A stretch of DNA of 64,000 nt from Thermoanaerobaculia bacterium (GCA_963666565.1 OY762911.1:3808001-3872000); one strand, 5' to 3'; shown: positions 27,316 through 36,952, numbered from the stretch's first letter. Numbers and translations: made by a program. The notes: generated by a model from the letters alone, not told the origin.

Positions 27316-27717
27316 TCAGGCGACTTCGAGCAGCTCGACCCAGTTGCCGTCCGGATCCTCGATCATCGAGATCCTGATTCCGGGACGAATCTCCCGCGGC
27401 GAGATGACGACCTTGCGGCCCGCTTCCTCCGCCCGCGCCGTCGCCTCGTCGAGGTTCGACACCGAGATCGTCCAGTAGCGGTAGCCGGTCGCGCCGGCGA
27501 TGCCTCCGGGCGGCGCCCCGGCCTCCGGCGCCCGCGACAGCGACACGAGCTTGATCAGGCTCGTGCCGCAGAGCAGGCGGTGCATCGTGCCGCCCGGCAT
27601 CGGCGTCTCGCCCTGGTCTTCAAGCCCCAGCACGTCGCGGTAGAAGTGAAGCGACGCCTCCGCGTCCCGCACCACGATGCCGAGATCGATCGAGTCCTTC
27701 GTCAATTGCACGCCCAA
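27316..27717 (-). CDS. VOC (glyoxalase/bleomycin resistance) family protein
   Basis: GIVVRD.EASL.FYRDVLGL; EDPDGNWVEL. Confidence 0.9.
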   Translation of the reverse strand: MGVQLTKDSIDLGIVVRDAEASLHFYRDVLGLEDQGETPMPGGTMHRLLCGTSLIKLVSLSRAPEAGAPPGGIAGATGYRYWTISVSNLDEATARAEEAGRKVVISPREIRPGIRISMIEDPDGNWVELLEVA

Positions 27718-27861
27718 AGCAGCCTCCTCCCCAACGGTCGTCGTGGCCGCGGATGTTACCCGTCGGCGACCGGGGCCGCGGATGAAGCCGTCCTCCGGCT
27801 CACTCGCTTCCTGGCCGGCTACGCCGGAAGCGCGTCGAACGACCCCCGCACCCAGCGGCTG

Positions 27862-28503
27862 TCAGGGATCGATGCGCCGGGCCTCTCCTTCCTTCTGTCG
27901 GGCCAGGATCACCCGAACGAGCAGAAGAACGCCGACCGCCATGACGGCGACCGGCCAGAAGTCGAGGACGTCCTCCATCCAGACGAACTCCGGCAGGCTC
28001 GCGATGACGAGGACTCCGCCCGGGATCAGCGGCCACCAGCGGTTCCGCCGCTCGTAGAGCATGGAGGCGACGTAGATCAGGATGAACCCCGCCCCGAGGC
28101 CCAGAGCGACGTTCTCGCCGTCGCCGAAGGAACGGGAATCGAGTTCCTCGAACGCCAGACCGCCTCCGATTCCCAGCAGCAGCGCGCCGGGAATGAGCAG
28201 TCCGAACGCCCGCCGGTACAGGTAGCCGGCGACGAAGACCCCGCCGATCAGAATGAAGAGCAGGTGTCCATGGGCGCCCGCGTCGAGGCGCTCGAGCGCC
28301 AGCAGCACGCCGCCCAGGACGATCAGGGCCAGGCCGGCGGCGATCTGACCGGCAAGAGTCGGGCCGGCGTCGGCCGCCGGCTGCTCCGGCGCTTCCGGCG
28401 GTTCGGGCGGCGCCGGCGGCTCGGCCGGCCCGGCGGATGCGGACGATTCGGGTGCGGCGCCCGCGGACGAAGAGGTCTCGTCGTTCATCTCGTCATGTTC
28501 CAT
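27862..28503 (-). CDS. Multi-pass membrane protein (LiaF/LiaI-like TM repeats)
   Basis: GGAGG RBS; Pro-rich N-terminus; about 6 TM helices; WWPLIPGGVL and FWPV motifs. Confidence 0.7.
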   Translation of the reverse strand: MEHDEMNDETSSSAGAAPESSASAGPAEPPAPPEPPEAPEQPAADAGPTLAGQIAAGLALIVLGGVLLALERLDAGAHGHLLFILIGGVFVAGYLYRRAFGLLIPGALLLGIGGGLAFEELDSRSFGDGENVALGLGAGFILIYVASMLYERRNRWWPLIPGGVLVIASLPEFVWMEDVLDFWPVAVMAVGVLLLVRVILARQKEGEARRIDP

Positions 28504-28601
28504 TGCGTCGTTCCTCCCTCCTGCACTCTACGCACGACGAGGCGGCGAGGTTCCAGTCCTTCCACCGTTCGACAACTTCCCGGCGGCATTCCGCTGGTAC
28601 G

Positions 28602-28640
28602 CTAGCCCCGAAACGCCTCGCAAGCTCGGCGTTTCGGCCC
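28602..28640. repeat. REP-like hairpin, family A, copy 3
   Basis: CTAGCC-CCGAAACGCC-TCGCAAGCTC-GGCGTTTCGG: perfect 10-bp stem, loop similar to copies 1 and 2. Confidence 0.65.
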
Positions 28641-28712
28641 AGTCCGTCCTCGCCATGACCTTCCGCCACAGAACTCGCTCCGCTGCCTTCCGCGGCGAAA
28701 GCTCCTGAGCCC

Positions 28713-29432
28713 ATGCCTGTCTTCGAACGGGGCGACACGCGGATCCGGTGGTGGGAGGCCGGCGAGGGCTTCCCCGTGCTGCTGTTCGCGCCGGGCGGCA
28801 TGCGCTCCGCCGCCGACATCTGGGGAACGAGCCCGTTCGACCCGCGCGAGGCGCTCTCCGGCTCCTTCCGGGTCATCTCGATGGACCAGCGCAACGCCGG
28901 CGGTTCCAGCGCGCCGGTAACCGCCGGCGACGGCTGGCATTCCTACACGGGAGACCACCTGGCGCTGCTGGATCACCTGGGCATCGAGCGCTGCCACCTG
29001 ATGGGCGGCTGCATCGGCTCCTCCTATTGCCTCGGCGTCCTCCAGGCCGACGCATCCCGGGTCGCCGCCGCCGTGCTCCAGAACCCGATCGGGAACCATG
29101 AGAACCAGGACCTGTTCTACGGCATGTTCGACGCCTGGGCCGACGCCCTTCTGGAGCGGCGGGACGACGTGGATCCCGCGGCGCTGCCGCCCTTCCGCGA
29201 GCGGATGTACGGCGGCGACTTCACCTTCAACGCCGACCGCGACTTCGTGGCCGGAATCGAGACGCCGCTCCTGATTCTGGCCGGCGACGACGCCTACCAT
29301 CCCCGGCCGATCGCCGAGGAGATCGCCGCCCTGGCACCGAACAACGAGACGATCCTCGAGTGGAAGAGCGAGGAAGCCGCGGCTGCCGCCGCGACCGAGG
29401 TGGCGGCCTTCCTGGAACGGCACACACCGTAG
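28713..29432 (+). CDS. Alpha/beta hydrolase with Cys nucleophile elbow
   Basis: GEGFPVLL.APGGM, MDQRNAG.S, GGCIG, GDD.YH. Confidence 0.85.
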   Translation: MPVFERGDTRIRWWEAGEGFPVLLFAPGGMRSAADIWGTSPFDPREALSGSFRVISMDQRNAGGSSAPVTAGDGWHSYTGDHLALLDHLGIERCHLMGGCIGSSYCLGVLQADASRVAAAVLQNPIGNHENQDLFYGMFDAWADALLERRDDVDPAALPPFRERMYGGDFTFNADRDFVAGIETPLLILAGDDAYHPRPIAEEIAALAPNNETILEWKSEEAAAAAATEVAAFLERHTP

Positions 29433-29449
29433 CCTCTCCGGGGAATCCG

Positions 29450-31261
29450 ATGATCGAAGCGACTCTGCTCGGCGCCGTCCTGGCCCTGGGAACCCCGCCA
29501 GGCGCGGCGGCGACCCCCGAGGCCGCCCAGGCCGAGACCCGGCAGGAAGCCCCGTTCGGCCGCGGCGTCGGCGAACTGAGCGACGTCGTCGAAGTGACCG
29601 TGGTCAACGTGGACGTCGTCGCCACCGACCGCAACGGGCGTCCCGCGGACGACCTGTCGCGCCAGAACTTCCGTGTCTTCGACGACGGCCGGCCGGTCGA
29701 ACTCAGCTACTTCAGCCGGGGCGGCGGCGCCGGCGACCCGGCCCCGGGTCTCCTGCGGGAGCCACTGTCGATCGCCTTCTTCTTCGACAACACGCATCTC
29801 TCCGTCGCCAGCCGCTCCGCCGTGATGGACCAGATCAAGGACTTCGCCCGCGGCCAGCTCGAAGCCGGCGGCCGGGACGTCCCGGTCTATGGGATGGTGG
29901 TCGCCTTCGACGGCGAGCTGCGCCTGCTCCAGGACCTCACCGCGGACTACATCGCCCTCGCCCAGGGCCTGAACCGGGCCGAAGCCTCGCACCAGGTCTT
30001 CACCGAAGCCCAGGGGCTCAAGCGCAGGTCCCAGGAGAGCTTTCTCCAGTTGATGGACCAGCTGAACGCCCGGCGGTACGAGTCGGCGGGCAGCATCGGC
30101 GCCCTGCGCGCGACCCTCGCGGAACTGCTCGCCTATGCGCGCGTCATCCACCAGGACAGCGCCCGCACCGCCGATGCCATCGAGGAGATCGTCGATTCGC
30201 TGGCCCTGGTTCCGGGACGCAAGGCCTTCTTCCTGATCAGCGACGGCTTCGCGGCCCGGCCGTTCGACCGCCTGCTCCAGAACGTCCAGAAGCGGGTGGC
30301 CGGCCGCCGGGAAGAAACCGGCATCGAACTGATGGAGAACCGGGAGGTCGACGGTCCGGAGGGATTCGACGCGCCGAACAACCTCTACACGAGGAACTCG
30401 AACATCCAGGGCACGGCCGCGCTCACGGCCACGTCCTTCCAGCAGGATCTGGCGACCTTCGATCTGAGCGCCCGCTACGAGGGTCTGGCGGCGCGCGCGA
30501 ACTCCCACCGGGTCTCGTTCTACGCCTTCAAGCCGCCCGAGGTCGAAGTCGCCGCGGCGGCGCTGTCCGAGCGGGTGTCCGACCAGCAGAAGCTCACCTA
30601 CCTGTCCGACCTCCGCGGCGTGCTGAACGGGCTGGCCCACGACACCGGCGGCCGCTCCTGGGTCTCCGGCCGCAACGTGCAGACGTTCTTCGACCAGGTG
30701 GCCGAAGACCTCGGTTCCTACTACTCGCTCGGCTACCTGCTCGACGAGTTCGTCGAGGGCTCGATCCACGAGGTTCGCATCAAGCCGCGGCCGCGCCACC
30801 TGAGGCTTCGCCACCGGACGAGCTACGTAGCGCGCTCCCTGCGCGAGCGGCTGGCCGAGCGAACGGTCGGCGCGCTCCTGCTCGGCTGGACCGAGAACAC
30901 CCACGGGCTCCACATCGACAGCATCGAATGGGACACCGGCGCGGGCGGCTTCTACGACGTCGACTTCACCGTCTCGGTGCCCCTGGACGAACTCGTCATG
31001 ATCGAGCAGGCGGGAGAACGCACGAACCAGGTTCGCGTGGTCGCCGTCGTGCTCACCGAGGAGGGGGAGCAATTGGCGCCGAGCCACCTCGTTCTGCCTC
31101 TGGCCATCCCCGACCGGGACTGGTCGGAGGCCCGGGACCAGTTCTTCGCCGTCAGCTTCGAGTACCCGATTCCGCGCGGCAGCCACCGGGTCGCCATCGG
31201 CCTCTGGGACGAGAACGGCGGCGCCGGTTCCTACATCCGGAGGGAGTTCAGTGTGCGCTGA
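29450..31261 (+). CDS. Secreted VWFA-related protein (Acidobacteria type)
   Basis: Signal peptide; VEVTVVNVDVVATDRNG.P..DL....F...DDG; GRKAFFLISDG; LAHDTGG; YYSLGY. Confidence 0.85.
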   Translation: MIEATLLGAVLALGTPPGAAATPEAAQAETRQEAPFGRGVGELSDVVEVTVVNVDVVATDRNGRPADDLSRQNFRVFDDGRPVELSYFSRGGGAGDPAPGLLREPLSIAFFFDNTHLSVASRSAVMDQIKDFARGQLEAGGRDVPVYGMVVAFDGELRLLQDLTADYIALAQGLNRAEASHQVFTEAQGLKRRSQESFLQLMDQLNARRYESAGSIGALRATLAELLAYARVIHQDSARTADAIEEIVDSLALVPGRKAFFLISDGFAARPFDRLLQNVQKRVAGRREETGIELMENREVDGPEGFDAPNNLYTRNSNIQGTAALTATSFQQDLATFDLSARYEGLAARANSHRVSFYAFKPPEVEVAAAALSERVSDQQKLTYLSDLRGVLNGLAHDTGGRSWVSGRNVQTFFDQVAEDLGSYYSLGYLLDEFVEGSIHEVRIKPRPRHLRLRHRTSYVARSLRERLAERTVGALLLGWTENTHGLHIDSIEWDTGAGGFYDVDFTVSVPLDELVMIEQAGERTNQVRVVAVVLTEEGEQLAPSHLVLPLAIPDRDWSEARDQFFAVSFEYPIPRGSHRVAIGLWDENGGAGSYIRREFSVR

Positions 31262-31832
31262 CCTCGAACCCGCAACCGGGGCCGTCCACCTCACCGAAGC
31301 CGAGCTGGAGGCGGGCTTCCCGCACGTCCTGGCCTCCCCCGCCGACGGCGGCACGCTGGAGATGATCGTCCGGCGTCCCGGCGTCGACCGGCGCGAGCCG
31401 GTCGACGAGGGGCGGCTGACCGCCGAGGAGGGCCTCGAGGGAGACACATGGAAGGTCCGGCGCGGCTACTCGCTGCCCGACGGCTCGCCCGACCCCGACG
31501 CGCAGCTCACCCTGACCAACGCGCGCTTCGCCGCCCTGATCGCCGGCGACCGCGAGCGGTGGCCGCTCGCCGGCGACCAGCTCTACGTCGACCTCGACCT
31601 GAGCGAGAGCAACCTGCCGCCCGGGACCCGGCTCCGCATCGGCGGCGCGACGCTGGAGGTCACGGCCCTCCCCCACACCGGCTGCGCCAAGTACCGGAAG
31701 CGTTTCGGCGTGGAGGCGCTCAAGTTCACCGCCACGCCCGAGGGCAGGTCGCGCCATCTGCGCGGCATCTACGCCCGCGTCGTCGAGCCCGGAACGGTGC
31801 GGGTCGGCGACACGATCCGAAAGGCGGGCTAG
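31251..31832 (+). CDS. MOSC domain protein
   Basis: GLEGD, LAGDQLYVDLDLS..NLPPGTRL.IG, PHTGC.K, RGIYARVVEPG.VRVGD. Confidence 0.9.
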   Translation: MCADLEPATGAVHLTEAELEAGFPHVLASPADGGTLEMIVRRPGVDRREPVDEGRLTAEEGLEGDTWKVRRGYSLPDGSPDPDAQLTLTNARFAALIAGDRERWPLAGDQLYVDLDLSESNLPPGTRLRIGGATLEVTALPHTGCAKYRKRFGVEALKFTATPEGRSRHLRGIYARVVEPGTVRVGDTIRKAG

Positions 31833-31837
31833 CGCCC

Positions 31838-32248
31838 ATGGGGGTCACCAGGGGAGTGCGGCAGCTCGTCGCCGAGGCCGACGCCGCGGTCGAGACGGTC
31901 ACGGTCGCCGAAGCCCGCGAGCGCCAGGCCGGCGGCGCGCTCATCGTCGATCTGCGCGACATCCGCGAGCGGGCCCGCGAAGGCTTCATCCCCGGCGCCT
32001 ACCACGCCCCGCGGGGGATGATCGAGTTCTGGGTCGACCCGGAGAGTCCCTACTACAAGGAGATCTTCGGCAGTGGCCGGGAGTTCATCTTCCATTGCGC
32101 CAGCGGCTGGCGCTCCGCGCTCGCCACGAAGGCGGTCCAGGACATGGGGCTCGCGCCCGTGTCCCACATCGGCGGCGGCTTCACGGCCTGGAAGAAGGCC
32201 GACGCGCCCGTGCTGCGAACGGAGGACGGCCGGGCGCCCCGCGCTTGA
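31838..32248 (+). CDS. Single-domain rhodanese
   Basis: VDLRD.RE...G.IPGA.H.PRG, HCASGWRS, GGF.AW. Confidence 0.92.
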   Translation: MGVTRGVRQLVAEADAAVETVTVAEARERQAGGALIVDLRDIRERAREGFIPGAYHAPRGMIEFWVDPESPYYKEIFGSGREFIFHCASGWRSALATKAVQDMGLAPVSHIGGGFTAWKKADAPVLRTEDGRAPRA

Positions 32249-32273
32249 CAGCAAGGTACCGATTCCTTAGCCT
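32245..32273 (+). promoter_or_regulatory. Sigma70 promoter of the lysW operon
   Basis: TTGACA (32245-32250), 17-bp spacer, TAGCCT (32268-32273). Confidence 0.8.
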
Positions 32274-32301
32274 CTGCGCCCGTTCAAGGCCTGTACGCAA
32301 G

Positions 32302-32391
32302 ATGCCCGTCCTCCTCACCTCCGCCTCGACCGCCCCTCTCGCCAAGGGTCGCCGCGGCGGCGCGAAGCGTCCGGGACAGGATCCTGGATGA
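32302..32391 (+). CDS. Putative leader peptide MPVLLTSASTAPLAKGRRGGAKRPGQDPG (29 aa)
   Basis: ATG about 20 nt after the predicted TSS; Lys and Arg codons clustered just before the attenuator hairpins; weak SD. Confidence 0.55.
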   Translation: MPVLLTSASTAPLAKGRRGGAKRPGQDPG

Positions 32392-32421
32392 CCCGCTAGA
32401 TCGAGAACGCATCTTCTCCCG

Positions 32422-32463
32422 GAGGCCGGCCATCCAGAAGGATGAGCCGGCCTCTCTGTTCTT
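32422..32463 (+). terminator. Leader terminator (attenuator) hairpin upstream of lysW
   Basis: GAGGCCGGC-CATCC-AGAA-GGATG-A-GCCGGCCTC followed by TCTGTTCTT; lies between the promoter and the first gene. Confidence 0.7.
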
Positions 32464-32511
32464 GAAACGCGCCTCTTGCCGAAGTGCAAACCCAACCGAG
32501 GAGACAGCGCC

Positions 32512-32697
32512 ATGGAACTCCAGACCGTCGACGCCGACAGCGAGTGCCCCGAGTGCTTCGAGTCCGTGAGGCTCGAGGCCGTGATGCAGCATGAGATCGT
32601 CCAGTGCGCCGGCTGCGGCATCGACCTCGAAGTGATCGAGCTCGACCCCGTCACCCTGGAACTCGCACCGGAAGAAGAAGAGGACTGGGGCGAGTAG
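32512..32697 (+). CDS. lysW: Amino-group carrier protein LysW
   Basis: GAGGAG RBS; CPEC...CAGC zinc ribbon; acidic; C-terminal EEDWGE. Confidence 0.96.
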   Translation: MELQTVDADSECPECFESVRLEAVMQHEIVQCAGCGIDLEVIELDPVTLELAPEEEEDWGE

Positions 32698-32709
32698 CGG
32701 AGCCGAAGA

Positions 32710-33600
32710 ATGCGCATCGGAGTCCTCTACAGCCGGGTCCGGCCCGAAGAGAAGCTGCTGTTCGCCGAGTTCGAACGGCGGCGGGCCGACGTGGAGCCGA
32801 TCGACGACCGCGGAGTCGTCCTCGCGCTCGGCGGCGGCAGCGCGATCGAGCCGTCCTTCGACTTCGACGTCGTGTTCGACCGTTCGCTCAGCTACAGCCG
32901 CGCCCTCGTCAACCTGCGCGTCCTGGCCGACCGCGGCGTGGCGACGGTCAACCCGGTGGACGTGGTGGAGAACTGCGGCGACAAGGTCCGCACCTCCAGC
33001 CTGCTCCAGGCGGCCGGGCTGCCGACGCCCGCAACCCGGGTGGCCTCGACGCCGGCGGCCGCGCTGCGGGCGATCGAGGAACTCGGCTACCCGGTCGTGA
33101 TGAAGCCGACCGTCGGATCCTGGGGCCGCCTGGTGGCCCGCATCAACGACCGGGACGCCGCGGAAGCGCTGCTGGAGCACAAGAGCACGCTCGGCTCCTA
33201 CCAGCACTCCATCTTCTACCTGCAGCGCTACGTCGACAAGCCGGAGCGCGACATCCGGGCCTTCGTCGCCGGCGGCGAGACCCTCTGCGCGATCTACCGC
33301 CGGGCGCCGCACTGGATCACGAACACGGCGCGCGGCGCTTCCACCGGGAACTGCCCGGTGACGGCCGAGATCGACGACCTCTGCCGGCGAGCGGCAGGCG
33401 CCGTCGGGGGCGGCCTGGTGGCGGTCGACCTGGTCGAAGACCCCGACGACGGCCTGCTCGTGCTGGAGGTCAACCACACGATGGAGTTCCGCAACTCGAT
33501 CGAACCCACCGGCGTCGACATCCCCGCGCGGATGGTCGACTTCGTCGAGCGGGTGGCCAGCGCCGGCTGGGACGCCGCGCACGACCGGGAGGGAGCATGA
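32710..33600 (+). CDS. lysX: Alpha-aminoadipate--LysW ligase (RimK-family ATP-grasp)
   Basis: [39 protein letters not shown]. Confidence 0.94.
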   Translation: MRIGVLYSRVRPEEKLLFAEFERRRADVEPIDDRGVVLALGGGSAIEPSFDFDVVFDRSLSYSRALVNLRVLADRGVATVNPVDVVENCGDKVRTSSLLQAAGLPTPATRVASTPAAALRAIEELGYPVVMKPTVGSWGRLVARINDRDAAEALLEHKSTLGSYQHSIFYLQRYVDKPERDIRAFVAGGETLCAIYRRAPHWITNTARGASTGNCPVTAEIDDLCRRAAGAVGGGLVAVDLVEDPDDGLLVLEVNHTMEFRNSIEPTGVDIPARMVDFVERVASAGWDAAHDREGA

Positions 33601-33662
33601 CCGCGCGCGCCGGCATCCCCGCGTCGACTCCGGGCGGCGGACCCGCGGAGGTCGCGGCATGA
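33597..33662 (+). CDS. 21-aa bridging mini-ORF between lysX and lysY
   Basis: [21 protein letters not shown]; ATGA overlaps with the lysX stop and the lysY start; SD-like GGGAGG upstream. Confidence 0.4.
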   Translation: MTARAGIPASTPGGGPAEVAA

Positions 33663-34741
33663 CCCTGCGCGCGAGCGTCGTCGGCGGCTCCGGCTACGCG
33701 GGCGGCGAGCTGCTCCGGCTGCTGATCGGCCACGGCGGCTTCGAGGTCGCGCAGGTCACCTCGCGGCGGCTGGCCGGTTCGTTCGTCCACTTCACGCACC
33801 CGAACCTGCGCGGCCACACCGACCTGCGCTTCTCCACCGCGGACGAACTCGAGCCCTGCGACCTGCTCTTCCTCTGCCTGCCGCACGGCGCCGCCGCCAG
33901 GAACATCGACGGCTACGCCGCGCTCGCGCCGAAGGTCATCGACCTCTCGGCCGACTTCCGGCTGCGTTCCGCGGAGGCATGGGAGGAGTGGTACGGCGCC
34001 GCCCACGCCGCGCCGGAATGGCTCGACCGGTTCGTCTACGGCTTGCCCGAACTCGACCGCGAGGCCGTGGCCGGCGCCGGCCGCGTCAGCGGCGTCGGCT
34101 GCAACGCGACGGCGACCCTGCTCGGCCTGCTGCCCCTGCTCGAACCCGAGCTCCTGGCGAGCGGCCTGGTCGACTGGCGGCGCGGCGTCGTCACGGAGCT
34201 GAAGGTCGGCAGCAGCGAGGGCGGCGCCTCGTCGTCGGACGCCTCCCACCACCCCGAACGGTCCGGCGTCGTGCGGAGCTTCCGGCCGACCGGCCACCGG
34301 CACACGGCGGAGGTCGAGCAGGCGTTCGCCCACCGAGGCGTCGAAGCCGCCGGCAACGTCCACCTCTCGGTGACCGCGGTCGAGATGGTGCGCGGCGTCC
34401 TGGCCACCAGCCACCTGTTCCTCGGCGGCGAACGTGCCGGCAAGGCCGCCGAACGCGATCTCTTCCGGGCCTTCCGGGCCTTCTGCCGGCGACATCCCTT
34501 CGTCCGCCTCGTGAAGGACCGGCGCGGCATCCACCGCTATCCCGAACCGAAGATCCTCGCCGGCAGCAACCACGCCGAGGTCGGCTTCGACCTCGATCCG
34601 AAGACAGGCCGCCTGGTCGTCCTCTGCGCCATCGACAACCTGATGAAGGGCGCGGCCGGCAACGCGGTCCAGTGCGCCAACCTGATGTGCGGGTACGAAG
34701 AGACCCGGGGCCTCGACTTCCTCGGCCTTCATCCCGTCTAG
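33659..34741 (+). CDS. lysY: [LysW]-aminoadipate-6-phosphate reductase (ArgC family)
   Basis: VGGSGYAGGELLRLL, HPNLRG, DLSADFRL, YGLPE, GCNAT, HHPERS, IDNLMKGAAG.AVQ. Confidence 0.93.
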   Translation: MTLRASVVGGSGYAGGELLRLLIGHGGFEVAQVTSRRLAGSFVHFTHPNLRGHTDLRFSTADELEPCDLLFLCLPHGAAARNIDGYAALAPKVIDLSADFRLRSAEAWEEWYGAAHAAPEWLDRFVYGLPELDREAVAGAGRVSGVGCNATATLLGLLPLLEPELLASGLVDWRRGVVTELKVGSSEGGASSSDASHHPERSGVVRSFRPTGHRHTAEVEQAFAHRGVEAAGNVHLSVTAVEMVRGVLATSHLFLGGERAGKAAERDLFRAFRAFCRRHPFVRLVKDRRGIHRYPEPKILAGSNHAEVGFDLDPKTGRLVVLCAIDNLMKGAAGNAVQCANLMCGYEETRGLDFLGLHPV

Positions 34742-34772
34742 GAGCTTGCGCCTGGCGGCGGTAACCACGGAA

Positions 34773-35675
34773 ATGGCCGAAACCAGCTCACACAACCCCG
34801 GCGAACCGCTCGTGATCAAGGCCGGCGGCGGCAAGGCTCTCGACCTGGAGGCGATCGCCGCGGACATCGGCGCCCTGTGGCAATCCGGCAAGCCCGTGGT
34901 TCTCGTCCACGGCGGTGCCGAGACCACGAACGAGGTCGCCGAGCAGTTGGGACATCCGCCGCGGTTCGTGACCAGCGAGAGCGGCTACTCCAGCCGCCGG
35001 ACGGACCGCCGGACGCTCGAGATCTTCGAGATGGTCTACTGCGGCCTGCTGAACAAGCGCTGGGTCGAACTCCTGCAGCGCCGGGGCGTTCAGGCGGTCG
35101 GCCTGTCGGGACTCGACGGCCGGCTATTCGAGGGCCGCCGCAAGGACAAGCTGCGCATCCGCCACGCCGGCCGGCGCATGGTGCTGCGCGACGACTGGAC
35201 CGGCACGGTCGAGAAGGTGAACGGCGAGCTCCTGCGCCTGCTGCTCGATGGCGGCTACCTGCCCGTGCTGACGCCTCCCGGCGCCTCCTTCGACGGCGAG
35301 GCTGTGAACGTCGACGGCGACCGCGCCGCCGCCGCCATCGCCGCCGCCCTGGGCGCTCCGACCCTCGTCTACCTCTCGGGCGCGCCGGGCCTGCTCGCCG
35401 ACTTCCCCGACGAGGACTCCCTGATTCCCCGCTTCCAGGTCGCCCGCGACGCGCTCTCCGGCGCCGCGCCCGAGGCCGGGCTCGAACCCCTGGCGGCAGC
35501 AGCCGAGGACCGGATGAAGAAGAAGGTGCTCGGCGCCGCCGAGGCGCTCCGCGGCGGGGTCGACCGGGTTATCTTCGCCGACGGCCGGGTCGACGGACCG
35601 GTTCGGGCCGCTCTCGACGGCGCCGGCACGCACGTCGTCGTCAGGCAGGCGAACAGGCAGGAGGAACCGCGATGA
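34773..35675 (+). CDS. lysZ: [LysW]-aminoadipate kinase (ArgB family)
   Basis: VIKAGG, LVHGG, SG.SSR.TD, GLSGLDG, NVDGDRAAA, MKKK. Confidence 0.92.
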   Translation: MAETSSHNPGEPLVIKAGGGKALDLEAIAADIGALWQSGKPVVLVHGGAETTNEVAEQLGHPPRFVTSESGYSSRRTDRRTLEIFEMVYCGLLNKRWVELLQRRGVQAVGLSGLDGRLFEGRRKDKLRIRHAGRRMVLRDDWTGTVEKVNGELLRLLLDGGYLPVLTPPGASFDGEAVNVDGDRAAAAIAAALGAPTLVYLSGAPGLLADFPDEDSLIPRFQVARDALSGAAPEAGLEPLAAAAEDRMKKKVLGAAEALRGGVDRVIFADGRVDGPVRAALDGAGTHVVVRQANRQEEPR

Positions 35676-36952
35676 GCGCCACCACAGCGGATGCGGGGAA
35701 CGCGGGCCGGCAGGCCCGCGCCACGGCCGGCGCACGCGGCGCGCCGGATGCCGGCCAGAAGGCCGGCGCGCCGACGGCCGCCGCGCCTGGCGCGGAGGAC
35801 CGCCGCCTCGGAACCTGGGCGCCGCGCAAGCCGACTCCGCCGATCGTCCGCGGCGAGGGCTGCGAGCTCGTCGCTGAGAACGGCGACCGCTACCTCGACC
35901 TGACCGCCGGCTACGGCGTCTGCTGCCTGGGCTACAACCACCCGGCAATCGTCCGGGCGTTGACGGCCCAGGCGGAGCGGCTCACGTACTGCCCGATGAA
36001 CATGCCCAGCCGGGACCGGGCCGAGTACGTCGAGGCGCTGGCCGCCGTCCTGCCCGACTCTCTCGACCGGGTCTTCCTGTGCAACAGCGGCACGGAAGCG
36101 GTCGAGGGGGCGCTCAAGTTCGCCGCGCTGGCGACCGGCCGCAGCCGCACCGTCGCGCTTCGCAACAGCTTCCACGGCCGCACCCTGGGAGCGCAGGCGA
36201 CGATGTGGAACCCCGCCGCCCGCAAGCCCTACGCCGGGCTGCTCCACGACAACGTCTTCGTCCAGCCGGAAGCCGAGGCCATAGACGAAGCGGTCGACGA
36301 AGACACGGCTGCGCTGATCCTCGAACCGGTCCAGGGCGAGGGCGGCGTCAACGTGCTGAGCGACGACGTGCTGCTCGCGGCCCGCCGCGCCTGCGACCGG
36401 CACGGGGCGTTGCTCGTCCTCGACGAGGTGCAGACCGGCTTCGGCCGTTGCGGAACCTGGTTCGCCCACCGCACGACGCCCGGCCTGGAGGCCGACCTGA
36501 TGCCGCTCGCCAAGGGCATCGGCGGCGGCTTCCCGCTCGGGGCGATCGCCTACGGCGAGCGCGTCGCGGCCGCGCTTCGGCCCGGTTGCCACGGCTCGAC
36601 CTACGGCGGCAATCCGCTCGCCTGCGCCGCCGGTCTGGCCGTGATCGAGACCCTGCGCGCGCTCGACCTGCCGGCCAGGGCGGCCCGGGTCGGCGAGGCC
36701 TTCCTGGGCGCCCTGCGCGACCGACTGGCGTCGAACCCGCGAGTGCGCGAAGTGCGCGGCCGCGGCCTGATGCTGGGCGTCATGCTGCGGCAACGCGCTG
36801 GACGCTACCTGGCCCGCCTGACTTCGGAGCACCGGATCCTGGCGCTGCCCGCCGGGCCGAACGTGATCCGGATGCTGCCGCCCCTCGTCGTCGGCGAGGA
36901 CGAACTCGAGCGCGCCGCGGACGCCCTCTCGGCGGTGCTCGCGGAGGACTGA
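35672..36952 (+). CDS. lysJ: [LysW]-aminoadipate semialdehyde transaminase (ArgD family)
   Basis: GAGGA RBS with ATGA overlap; YLD..AGYGV, CNSGTEAVEGALK, FHGRT, EPVQGEGG, DEVQTGFGR, AKGIGGG, HGSTYGGNPL. Confidence 0.93.
   Translation: MSATTADAGNAGRQARATAGARGAPDAGQKAGAPTAAAPGAEDRRLGTWAPRKPTPPIVRGEGCELVAENGDRYLDLTAGYGVCCLGYNHPAIVRALTAQAERLTYCPMNMPSRDRAEYVEALAAVLPDSLDRVFLCNSGTEAVEGALKFAALATGRSRTVALRNSFHGRTLGAQATMWNPAARKPYAGLLHDNVFVQPEAEAIDEAVDEDTAALILEPVQGEGGVNVLSDDVLLAARRACDRHGALLVLDEVQTGFGRCGTWFAHRTTPGLEADLMPLAKGIGGGFPLGAIAYGERVAAALRPGCHGSTYGGNPLACAAGLAVIETLRALDLPARAARVGEAFLGALRDRLASNPRVREVRGRGLMLGVMLRQRAGRYLARLTSEHRILALPAGPNVIRMLPPLVVGEDELERAADALSAVLAED

Noticed and set aside
32280-32511. 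Lysine riboswitch (L-box) or T-box
   Set aside because: No L-box AGAGGUGC-type start or T-box UGGNACC motif is recognisable; the leader-peptide model fits better.
32512-33600. LysW/LysX as a RiPP precursor plus ATP-grasp, or a secondary-metabolite AmCP cluster
   Set aside because: The full lysYZJK set follows, with no transketolase-like, NRPS or tailoring genes; primary metabolism is the simpler reading.
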